Positions 1 through 8,883 of a DNA stretch of 32,000 bases are shown here, in pieces (position 1 is the stretch's first letter; every line of letters begins with the position of its first letter). The notes below the pieces were generated by a model. The model was not told where the DNA came from. It saw only the letters and a list, made by a program, of their open reading frames with translations, and did no database searches. A program made the translations under genes and the position numbers. Source of the stretch: Paramicrosporidium saccamoebae KSL3 (lineage: Eukaryota; Fungi; Cryptomycota); assembly GCA_002794465.1 (NCBI GenBank), contig MTSL01000072.1, forward strand, positions 50,035-82,034, in the 5' to 3' direction.

Positions 1-72
1 TTATTGGCGTCTCGGGCAGTTGTCCAATCGCAGATTATTATAAACATTGCAGCTAATGCTATTATTCAGAAG

Positions 73-924
73 ATGGATGGAGTCTATGCTCAGTTTAAAA
101 GATTCCTATCCAAATATGGGCTGGGGCTCTTGGTAATTGGGCTGTTTTTCGCTCTAGTGCTGACAATCCTACTTGCAATCTTGGTTTGGATGCATCGTGA
201 GAGGAGAAAACAGGAGAGAATTGATGATCGAAGAAACTCGATGGATCTACTGGAAAAGGGACAGCAGGAAATGAGGCCTAGGCGAGACTCTGAAAGCTCA
301 AGTACAGAGCCGGCAGTGCTAGTTGCTGAAGAAATTAATGATCAAGGTCTTACAATGTCTTCTGCAGAGTCTGCTTTCAAGACGACCTCCCCTGTTACTG
401 CTACCAAGACGGCTTCCCCTGATGAGGCTGTCATCAAGCCAGATTCACCCGCCTCTGTTACTAAAGCAGCTTTGCCTGTCTTTGCTGTCAAGAAAGCTTC
501 ACCAGACACTGCAGAAAGAGAGGCTCCCGGTTCTCTGGATGAAGGTTGCACACAAGAGCCCGCATCTGCTGGCTTTTCAGAGCTATCGAATTCTGATTCG
601 GCACCTGATGACTTGCCAAGCAGATCAGAGCCACCACTGCCCAGTGTGCCTGATTCAGATGAAAACGGTGCCGAGGCGCCTCAGACAAGACTAAAGTCGC
701 CAATCTCGACAAAATCTCAGGTTACCAAAGCGCACCAGACAAGACTGCAATCGCCAATCTCAACAGAATCCCATATTATCTCTGATGAAGAATCGTCTAG
801 GGTGAGTACACAAACTGGCATGGATCCTGAAGCCACCAAGCCGATCCAATCGACTGTATTCCAGGTTGATGGTGGCCGCCCAGAGGACCCTCCAAAGTCA
901 CGATCAGGATGGGGTAGAACGTAA
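73..924 (+). CDS. Orphan single-pass membrane protein: N-terminal TM helix, then a long Ser/Pro/Thr/Glu-rich low-complexity tail
   Basis: First ATG at 73 within ORF 4..924. A hydrophobic run GLGLLVIGLFFALVLTILLAILVW is followed by basic HRERRK. No family recognised. A 5' exon upstream of the window cannot be excluded, because CTAAT...CAG lies just before the ATG. Confidence 0.7.
   Translation: MDGVYAQFKRFLSKYGLGLLVIGLFFALVLTILLAILVWMHRERRKQERIDDRRNSMDLLEKGQQEMRPRRDSESSSTEPAVLVAEEINDQGLTMSSAESAFKTTSPVTATKTASPDEAVIKPDSPASVTKAALPVFAVKKASPDTAEREAPGSLDEGCTQEPASAGFSELSNSDSAPDDLPSRSEPPLPSVPDSDENGAEAPQTRLKSPISTKSQVTKAHQTRLQSPISTESHIISDEESSRVSTQTGMDPEATKPIQSTVFQVDGGRPEDPPKSRSGWGRT
676..773 (+). repeat. 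54-bp-period imperfect direct repeat inside the CDS (APQTRLKSPISTKS / AHQTRLQSPISTES)
   Basis: gcgcctcagacaagactaaagtcgccaatctcgacaaaatctca at 676 versus gcgcaccagacaagactgcaatcgccaatctcaacagaatccca at 730. Confidence 0.85.
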
Positions 925-965
925 ATAATGACCAAATAATTAATATTTTCATCGTTTCTCTGTTG

Positions 966-1373
966 ATGTCTGGAATGTGGCAGCGTGTGCAAAAGGGATC
1001 TCCGCAAGAGGGGAGAGAGGCAATTCCTTTTGCCGATTTAAAAATAGTGGGGCTGCCGTGGTATGTGTTTCTGCTAATATCTGTGGTTGCCGGGATGACG
1101 ATTGTGCTAATTCTCCACCTACTCGACCGAATCGTGAAAAAGTGTCGGAAGCAAGAGCAAGTTCCGGCCGAATCTATGCGGCAACCGACAGTGGAAGAGC
1201 ACTCGAGACAGGGAACAGTTCCAGAATTGAATTCACCAATCGACATGATGCCGGGCAGCTATTTTATGGGTAAACAAAGTCTAGCGGATAGTCCACGTCG
1301 AGCCTGGGAACCACCATCTCCGCATTACATTCCCACTCCATTTGTCGGACAAGGATATTCCTACAATTACTAA
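966..1373 (+). CDS. Small orphan single-pass membrane protein (135 aa)
   Basis: ATG at 966. TM segment LPWYVFLLISVVAGMTIVLILHLL is followed by basic KKCRK. AATAAA-like signals follow the stop at about 1404-1413. Confidence 0.65.
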   Translation: MSGMWQRVQKGSPQEGREAIPFADLKIVGLPWYVFLLISVVAGMTIVLILHLLDRIVKKCRKQEQVPAESMRQPTVEEHSRQGTVPELNSPIDMMPGSYFMGKQSLADSPRRAWEPPSPHYIPTPFVGQGYSYNY

Positions 1374-1434
1374 TCATCTCCTCTACTTCAAATGGCCCTG
1401 TCAAATAAATAAAGCGATTAAACCGTAAACAAAG

Positions 1435-1572
1435 ATGAATTGGGTCATCATCGGAATGGGCGTGGGATTCATGTTGCTGATTATATTCTCGCTGGCATTG
1501 AAGCGATGGATGGCAAGTGCAGACGATGGAGGGTACACTGGGGAATGGCAGCATGAGATGGAGAGCTGCTAG
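1435..1572 (+). CDS. Putative 45-aa membrane microprotein MNWVIIGMGVGFMLLIIFSLALKRWMASADDGGYTGEWQHEMESC
   Basis: Translated by hand; below the ORF-track cutoff. It has the same TM-plus-basic layout and strand as the two upstream ORFs. Confidence 0.45.
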   Translation: MNWVIIGMGVGFMLLIIFSLALKRWMASADDGGYTGEWQHEMESC

Positions 1573-1679
1573 TGGCAATGTGCTGGCGGACACCATCATA
1601 ATAGAGGCGACTTTAATCAATAACACTGTAAAGGAGGGCCCAGTAATGATGCGAGAATTGATGAGAGCGAATAACTCGG

Positions 1680-1785
1680 CTCATCGTCTATTAACCATGT
1701 TGTAAGAATGGATAAAAATGAAGACTTTGACTCATCATCTATTAGCCATGTTGTAAGAACGGATAAAAATGAAGGATTCGACTCA
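1680..1785. repeat. 51-bp tandem duplication of the NCA2 3' end, including the double stop
   Basis: ctcatcgtctattaaccatgttgtaagaatggataaaaatgaagactttga (1680-1730) versus ctcatcatctattagccatgttgtaagaacggataaaaatgaaggattcga (1731-1781). Confidence 0.9.
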
Positions 1786-3025
1786 ATGTCCATAGTTTCC
1801 GCTCACTGGGAATTCCAGTAAACAACTCTTGTAGATCATCCAAGAGGAGCTCAGTATGCTTTTGATCGAGTGAATTGGAGGACAGGTGAGCTAGATCATC
1901 AAGAAGGGACTGGATGATGAGAAGACATTTTCCGGATATCCGATACTCGGCCATGTTTGAGTTAAACAAGGCTTGAAGAGTGTGGAGCTTTTCTCTAATC
2001 CCTTCCAAATAAAATTTGTCAGCACTGTGTAGCCACCTTTTAACATAGAAACGACCTGCACCGAGAGTAGAATACAGAATGAAGAGAAGAGGGACCACAG
2101 CGAGCAACTCAAAGTTCAGCTCATTGGCCTTTAATAGACGATCCATGGCCAGCATGGCGCTTTCCAAATCAACCTTGCTTTTCTGAACCTGGATCAGGAG
2201 CATTGTCACAAGATTACCGGCAAAGACATTTCGCAATGGCGACTGTAACTCTTCTTCGTACTTTTTAAGCAGCAAGGTGACATCTCCCTGCCTTACTTGA
2301 CTGGTCACTAAATCTGCTGAAATGTCAGGATACTGTTTCTGGGCAAATGAGACGACCATTCTTTCAAGCGATTCCATATCGGCTTTCAGGGCAGAGGCGC
2401 TCGCCAATGCAAGATTGCTGCTGCGATACCGTATCGTTCTCCAAATATCCTTGATCGGGTTGGCAATCCAGTCAGTTAAGAGATGTTGTGACGCGTGATA
2501 GGCCTCTTTCCAAAAATTCAATACTTCTTCCCAGTCGAGTTGAGAAATCAGCTTCAGAGTGATGAGGCCAACAATACCGCATGCAGCGCACGGAACCAAA
2601 TACAAAGAGACCCAGCTCGGACGTATAAGTGGTATCTGATCGATTTGAAAGGTAGAGTCATTTGCATTTTGAAACAGAAGAGTCCTCCCAAGATCCTCAA
2701 TTGCCCTATCGCGGGCCTCTTCCATCTGAGAGATTCGTTCATGCAGGTCATCACTTTTTACAAAAGACGTCAACTTGATCCGTTTGAGAATTACACCAAC
2801 ACCAGCGTTGTATAGCTGGCGAAAATTTGTAGTTTCTACTTGGAACAGAAGATGCTTGAGAAATCCGCCCCGCCGGACAAGCTTCAGGTAGCGAATAGAC
2901 TCTTCCACCTTGTATACATTATCCAGCTTTTTTCTGACTACATCCACAACCGGAACCGCCCGCGATTCCTTGTTAATATTCTGCTGCTCAATGGCCCGAA
3001 TCCAGAGTGAAACGGCATCGACCAT
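1742..3025 (-). CDS. NCA2: Nuclear control of ATPase protein 2 family (mitochondrial)
   Basis: Family-like C-terminal blocks ADMESLERMV and SPLRNVFAGNLVTMLLIQVQKSKVDLESAMLAMDRLLKANELNF. An in-frame stop lies just upstream of ATG 3025. Confidence 0.88.
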   Translation of the reverse strand: MVDAVSLWIRAIEQQNINKESRAVPVVDVVRKKLDNVYKVEESIRYLKLVRRGGFLKHLLFQVETTNFRQLYNAGVGVILKRIKLTSFVKSDDLHERISQMEEARDRAIEDLGRTLLFQNANDSTFQIDQIPLIRPSWVSLYLVPCAACGIVGLITLKLISQLDWEEVLNFWKEAYHASQHLLTDWIANPIKDIWRTIRYRSSNLALASASALKADMESLERMVVSFAQKQYPDISADLVTSQVRQGDVTLLLKKYEEELQSPLRNVFAGNLVTMLLIQVQKSKVDLESAMLAMDRLLKANELNFELLAVVPLLFILYSTLGAGRFYVKRWLHSADKFYLEGIREKLHTLQALFNSNMAEYRISGKCLLIIQSLLDDLAHLSSNSLDQKHTELLLDDLQELFTGIPSERKLWTLSRILHFYPFLQHG

Positions 3026-3048
3026 GGGAGATGACGCCAGGGCAGGTC

Positions 3049-3568
3049 ATGGAGCAGTCTTCTGCAGCCGCTGCCGTCGATCCGGACCGTCTCACCATCC
3101 AATATTTCGAGAATGGTGGCGCGAATCCCCAAAAGGAGGAGATTTCTATTGTATGGGACCAAGTCTAGACAGACTAATAGTGCAGGTGTCAACAGCGGAC
3201 GGTACGACTGAGGATAAGCGTTGTGCCACCTTTTCCATAAAGAACGAGGACCACACTCTCGGAAATGCCCTAAGGCATGTTATTATGAAAAAGTACAGGT
3301 TGAACAGGTGATTCTGACCGTGTAGTCCGGATGTAGACTTTTGTGGCTATTCTGTGCCACATCCGTCTGAGGCCAAGATCCACCTCCGTATCCAGACGAG
3401 AGGTATGCTCGTCCAACCTGTCTCACCTTATCTGTAGGACCACCAGCTATTGATGTGCTTAGAAAGGGGCTGGACGATCTACAGTCCATGATGGAAATTC
3501 TCTTGAAAAAGTTTGATGCCGCTGTCCAAGGGGGCGATTATGAGCACTACCCTGATGTTGAGATTTAG
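3049..3568 (+). CDS. RPC19: RNA polymerase I/III shared subunit AC19 (RPAC2/POLR1D), 138 aa, 4 exons
   Basis: Exons 3049-3150, 3186-3292, 3326-3402 and 3438-3568; GT-AG introns of 35, 33 and 35 nt. The spliced product has [40 protein letters not shown]. An alternative in-frame ATG is at 3031. Confidence 0.93.
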
Positions 3569-3838
3569 AATAAATAAAGCAAGACTCTGATTTCCAACCT
3601 TAGAACAACTATAGCAAGAGATAGCGGTCACGTGAAATGTGGGGTGGGACTATGTGTTATGCTGAGCAAATAAACGTAAAGTTAACGTGTGCCAAGTGTG
3701 AGATTGGTGAGAATAAAAACCCTGTTAATGCGCGAAATGTTTCACAAATCTCTTATTGGAATCTCTACTTTATAGATACACAGTGCCATCTCCCACCAAG
3801 TAAAGGCAGAATTCCTAGACGGGCCCCGGAAGCTGACC

Positions 3839-4270
3839 ATGCTCCGCTGGTTCAGTTCAATGGCCGATACGCTACCCGCAAAGACATTCAGAGTGCGCAG
3901 TTTTAGGCCTCGTCTTGTCGACCCCGTAGAGATACAGACGAAAATTGACCGTACTCTTATAAAATAGTGCTCACGAGGTAGAATTGCCATACTTTGTGGA
4001 GCGGACAAAGCTCGGTCGAAACCTTCCCGTGTACATTCACGTCCGGAAACAACATCCAGAAACAGTAGTGCGTCGCATTTATGGAAATATTAGGGTATGT
4101 CTCATCTGAACGTTACAATATTGCTATAGGTGCTGGCAGACGAAATCAAAGCGCTTCTAGAAATAAGGAAGCCTTCGGATTTTGATGTGCGTGAAGATTT
4201 GTCGCACATTATTATCAAAGGGAGTCACCAGACAAAGCTACGAAAATTTTTAACAAAGAAGGGATTCTGA
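3839..4270 (+). CDS. IMG2: Mitochondrial large-subunit ribosomal protein mL49 (Img2/MRPL49), 121 aa, 3 exons; not in the ORF track
   Basis: Exons 3839-3950, 3982-4094 and 4130-4270; introns of 31 and 35 nt. Product has an Arg-rich presequence-like start, then LPYFVERTKLGRNLPVY...VVRRIYGNI...IIIKGSHQTKLRKFLTKKGF, matching mL49 motifs and the GF terminus. Confidence 0.85.
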
Positions 4271-4294
4271 GCTGTTCGATGAATAAAATCAGAT

Positions 4295-5347
4295 TTATTG
4301 ACTCTTCCCGCGGATATCAGTATCTTCCATAGTCCTGATAAATATAGAGTCTGGGGCATGACTAGAGAATTATTAGGCACTAACAAATAAAGACCGTACT
4401 CTTTCTCGCCTTCTTCGTAGCAATAAGAAGAGGCAATTGCAAGGAGAGAACCATCGCGGCTGAACGCCAGAGATGAGATACTTGAATGATTCTTAGGGAA
4501 GCTACGGATGCGCTTCTTTGAAATCGGATCCCATGCACAGACAATCCCATCGCTTCCGCCCGTACAAAACGTTCCGTATTTTGGATGAAAGGCCACAGCA
4601 TTGACAGGATAGACAGTCTCCATGTTTGCCTGGTCGGGCATCGGAGCGCGATGGCACTTGAAGGCAAAGTTCTGGGACTGCCCAGCGGGGTCCAAATACT
4701 CTACACCAACCCGTCCCTCTATGGATGAGATTACAAACGCCTTTCCGTTGGGGAATAAACGAATGCAACGGGTCTGATGTCTTAGGGAAGACTCTCTTGT
4801 CTGTAACGGCGCATCAAGTTTCCGGGTATCATAGACTTGGACATGCCGATCGGCCATCCCGACGACAAGGACATTCTGTGCGCAGTCCATCGAGTATACC
4901 TTGCCCGGTACATTAAGACTTGCGGTTCTGGTTGCCGAGTTTGTATCCCATGCCGTCACGGTTGAATCCCACGAGCCAGAGAAGAGAATGCCGGTGGACT
5001 GACAGCGAACGAGGGACCGGACCGCATCTTCATGCGTTCCCAGAATGGAAGTCTTTAGGGTGTTCCAGTCAATGCGCATGACTTGACGGTTCAGGCCGCC
5101 GGTGAATGCGACAGAATCACTGTCAGAGAAGCAGCAGTCGAGCAGAGCGGCGTCGAATGGGATTTTGCCTTTCAGCTTGTTCTCTTGGGCATTATACAAG
5201 TACAGGTGCTACAGATTACTTGGATACTTTACGACGTACTGCGTCCCAAGATGAGGCTAATAAATGGTCCGTTTCGTTTCCAAAATGAACTGCGGATATG
5301 CCGTCTTTGGGCGGCGCAGACAGCTCAACTTCAGTTCCCGGCTGCAT
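4295..5347 (-). CDS. BUB3: Spindle checkpoint WD40 protein Bub3, 327 aa, 3 exons
   Basis: Exons 5347-5240, 5208-4400 and 4361-4295; introns of 31 and 38 nt. Motifs PPKDGISAVHF, LLASSWD, RESSLRHQTRCI, SSIEGRVGVEY, FAFKCHR, YPVNAVAFHP and SYCYEEGEKDHAPDSIFIR. Bub3 is favoured over its paralogue Rae1. Confidence 0.9.
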
Positions 5348-5360
5348 CCTCAAAGTCGGG

Positions 5361-5680
5361 GCTGGATCCCAACTCTTAAGTCCCGGTTGGATTTTTAATC
5401 TCGGCTGGATCCCCCAAAGTCCCAGCTTGATTATCCAAAGTCCCGACTTGATTCTCCAACGTTCCGACTTGATTCTCCAAAGTCCCGACTTGATTCTCCA
5501 AAGTTCCGGCTTGATTCTCCAGAGTCCCGACTCGATTCTCCAGTCCTGACTTGATTCTCCAGAGTTCCGACTCGATTTTCCAGAGTTCCAACTGGATACT
5601 CACCCTCAGCGACTGGATTCCCACTCTTAGCAACTGGATTGCCACTCCTAGTGACTGGATTCTTGCCCTCAGCAACTAGG
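5361..5680. repeat. 21-bp minisatellite of about 15 units in two sub-families (GATTCTCCAAAGTCCCGACTT-like and GATTCCCACTCTTAGCAACTG-like)
   Basis: A GAT anchor recurs every 21 nt from about 5407 to 5678, with one 19-nt unit near 5533-5552 and degenerate units toward the BUB3 start. Confidence 0.92.
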
Positions 5681-5759
5681 TCCTACAATCTTCGTTCTAA
5701 CCAGTTCCAAGCATAAGTTTTATTTAATCCTCACGAAAGACAACACTGATTACTAATCA

Positions 5760-6381
<622 letters not shown>

Positions 6382-6640
6382 TTAATTGTTACTGTGACGT
6401 GAGGATGGAGAGCTTAGTGTACAGAAAGAGGGCCGTGGTTGAATTGACAACACAAGCGTCCCGATTCGTCAGGGGCCAGGTCCTCTTATGCGCCCGCCCC
6501 ATCTGGTCAATTAGGATAAATTACCATACACACGAAATCCAAATGAACCATTCTATAACGTGAATTATTGATTCTATCATGAAACTATCTCAGGACCATC
6601 GGGGTTGTAAAAAGGCAAACGTGACCCTATCATGAGACAA

Positions 6641-7083
6641 TCAAGACTGCACGGAGACTGGATTGATTTCCCTCTCCATCTCAATTCTTTCACGAGCGCG
6701 GACTATCTTGGATTGCAAGTAAAAGGAGCCGCCGGCCAGCCGGTCATTCGCTTTGAACATTGTCTCAAACTTCTATCAGGTTAGTCATTGCTAGATTGTG
6801 CCTCTTGGAGCTCTACAGAAGGTACATTTTTGGTGACATTCAGGACTTTGTACGCCTCATCCAGAGGCATCGTCGAGGGCGTTTTGACTGTCGTCTGGGT
6901 TGCATTCTTTGTTGCACCTGAATCACATTATGGCAATAGTGAGTTTGGTTACTGGCGGCGGCATGTTTGAAGGTTTCGCGAATAGAACCAACTATCACTT
7001 TTGTCCCGAGCACAATGACTTGTCCAAGAACCCTCAATACCTAGAATGATATAATAAACTACTTTTTGAGAAAGGCATACCAT
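6641..7083 (-). CDS. PAM16: Mitochondrial import motor J-like protein Pam16/Tim16, 112 aa, 4 exons (first exon is the ATG alone)
   Basis: Exons 7083-7081, 7040-6953, 6917-6802 and 6772-6641; introns of 40, 35 and 29 nt. Product has [12 protein letters not shown]...[30 protein letters not shown]. Confidence 0.88.
6773..6801 (-). other. Probable GC-AG intron (29 nt) in PAM16
   Basis: GAG|GCACAA...CTAAC...TAG; this donor gives the Pam16-typical spacing between LNV and FETMF. Upstream GT donors would delete 5 or 8 residues. Confidence 0.65.
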
Positions 7084-7331
7084 GCCGATGCTTGAGCAGA
7101 GGACTAGGAAGCCGAAGAATTACTTGGAATTCTCCCCGTCTCTGATTGGCCAGCGCCTCGCGACCGGGATATAGAGCATTTCAGGCCCGGTCGTGGCTTT
7201 GCGCCTCATTTGTGAACGGTTTATTAGCCTTCGTCCGGCCCGCACACTCTGGCTTGCGCCCACGCCTCCTAACCCCATTAACCCCTCGTGGTCTAGACAT
7301 ACGACCACATCCAGACTGGACTAGCCGGTGT

Positions 7332-8465
7332 ATGCTAAGCTTTTTAATTTCGCTTCGCATATTTTACACCCTGCTTGCGACATCCGTCCTGGCTGCCGGC
7401 ATCCTCCTGGTATCCTACCAGCGCGAGCGCCAGAACTTGATTCTGCGTTCGTGCTGCCTAGTAGTGCTGGTTATGTATGGCGCTATCCTGGCGGGACATA
7501 TCAACCACCAAGGGCTGGACCAGGACGACGCCTTTTGCCAGTCGCAAGCAGTCTTTCTCAACTACTGTTACATTTGCATACATGCACACACCTGCTTTAT
7601 GATGCTGAACAACTGCTACGTGGCCATGGGATGGAAGATACGCTTCTTTGAGCAGCACGTTGACCGGGAGTCAACTCTTGTGCTCCTCTCCTACACCATT
7701 CCGCTGCTGTATGTTGCATTCTTGGCCTTCAAGATGGCCAATGAGCCAGACTCTATTGCTATTTTGCCGGGTTCGTTTTTCTGCAGCATAGCAAGACCAA
7801 GGCTCACTCTTCAAACACTATGGTTTATCCTATTCTCGGTTCCGGGAAGTGCGCTTTCAGTATTCCTGCTGTACCAGACATGGAGGGCGCGCCAAAGGAC
7901 GCTGGTTTATGGAAGTACGACCCAGCTGACCCTGCCGTATCTGATTCGACTAACGATATCAACGTTTGTTTATATTTGCCTATCGTTTGGATCGTTCATT
8001 CCGCTACTCGTCATCTCAGACTTTGATCCAGAATGGCTACCGCCATCCGAGTTTGCCCCGGAGCCACACTTGCGGTCACCTTGGTTGAATCCGACAATGT
8101 GCATGGTACGCTCAGAGGATATTGGAATCCGGTACTATGCAAACATGATGTGTCCAGGTGTCTTGTCATATTTCCCTACATATGTTGGTTTGGCATTCTT
8201 CCTCATGTACGGCTTTGGAGCACATGCTCGTTCCTCATACCGCCATTTTGTGAATAGGTATTTGTGTCAGACGAAACGGAGAAACTCGACCCTCCCCCTG
8301 ATGGATACAGTTAATGGACAGTCCAGCATGGCCAGCATACCGGAAGAAGCGCCAACAGAAGCACCCTCGCCCGTGGGGTTGCATGAATGGAAAGAGGAAT
8401 TTCGCTGGTCCGTTGATTCTTCCGAAGCTCACCAATCAACTGCCGAGAGCTCGCCAGTGGATTGA
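7332..8465 (+). CDS. Seven-transmembrane GPCR-like receptor (class B / cAMP-receptor / frizzled-like fold), 377 aa
   Basis: First ATG at 7332. About seven hydrophobic segments, TM3-entry Cys (AFCQSQAVFLNY), ECL2 Cys (SFFCSI), a TM7 end FFLMYGF and a polar C-tail with KRRNST. Confidence 0.72.
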   Translation: MLSFLISLRIFYTLLATSVLAAGILLVSYQRERQNLILRSCCLVVLVMYGAILAGHINHQGLDQDDAFCQSQAVFLNYCYICIHAHTCFMMLNNCYVAMGWKIRFFEQHVDRESTLVLLSYTIPLLYVAFLAFKMANEPDSIAILPGSFFCSIARPRLTLQTLWFILFSVPGSALSVFLLYQTWRARQRTLVYGSTTQLTLPYLIRLTISTFVYICLSFGSFIPLLVISDFDPEWLPPSEFAPEPHLRSPWLNPTMCMVRSEDIGIRYYANMMCPGVLSYFPTYVGLAFFLMYGFGAHARSSYRHFVNRYLCQTKRRNSTLPLMDTVNGQSSMASIPEEAPTEAPSPVGLHEWKEEFRWSVDSSEAHQSTAESSPVD

Positions 8466-8553
8466 CTAGTTAGTTAGTGGGTCTACTAGTGAGTTGACTA
8501 GTTAGCTAATGGGTTCACCAGAGAGTTGACTAGAGTCTACCAGTGGATTAACT
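8451..8553. repeat. 32-bp imperfect tandem repeat beginning inside the GPCR stop region (two full and two partial units)
   Basis: tcgccagtggattgactagttagttagtgggt / ctactagtgagttgactagttagctaatgggt / tcaccagagagttgactagagt / ctaccagtggattaact. Confidence 0.8.
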
Positions 8554-8883
8554 CACGAATCCACCCGGCTTTTCGAGCTCACCAAGCTTCTATCAATAGC
8601 GGATTATTTTGGTGGAACTGAAACACCGCACCACATCCCCCATAAATATTGGGTATAATTCACACATAGAACAATAATATAGACTGTACATTTGTTCGCA
8701 TTATGGGAAAGAAACGACGGAATACATCCAACTAACCACCACCAATGGGAAGCGTTTGAGGTTGGCGGGAAATTGCGAATGGGCGGGATAAGAGGGCCTG
8801 GCATTGGAGGGGATAAATTGCCAGCACTTCTCTTGAAAGGAACTGCAGTTGCCCATTGTATTTGTATCTGAAAAAAGCCATCC

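Noticed and set aside
1264-1626. 120-aa minus-strand ORF
   Set aside because: TTG start, antisense to two plus-strand TM ORFs, and no recognisable features.
4225-4399. Apparent coding overlap of the BUB3 ORF with MRPL49
   Set aside because: An artefact of reading through the 38-nt BUB3 intron; the spliced stop is at 4295-4297.
5376-5675. ORF-track 99-aa coiled-coil-like protein (GTLENQV)n
   Set aside because: No ATG (TTG start), a 19-nt unit switches the repeat frame mid-array, and the ORF is a by-product of the minisatellite.
5361-5680. 21-bp array as a CRISPR array
   Set aside because: Units are directly adjacent with no unique spacers, the context is eukaryotic and there are no cas genes.
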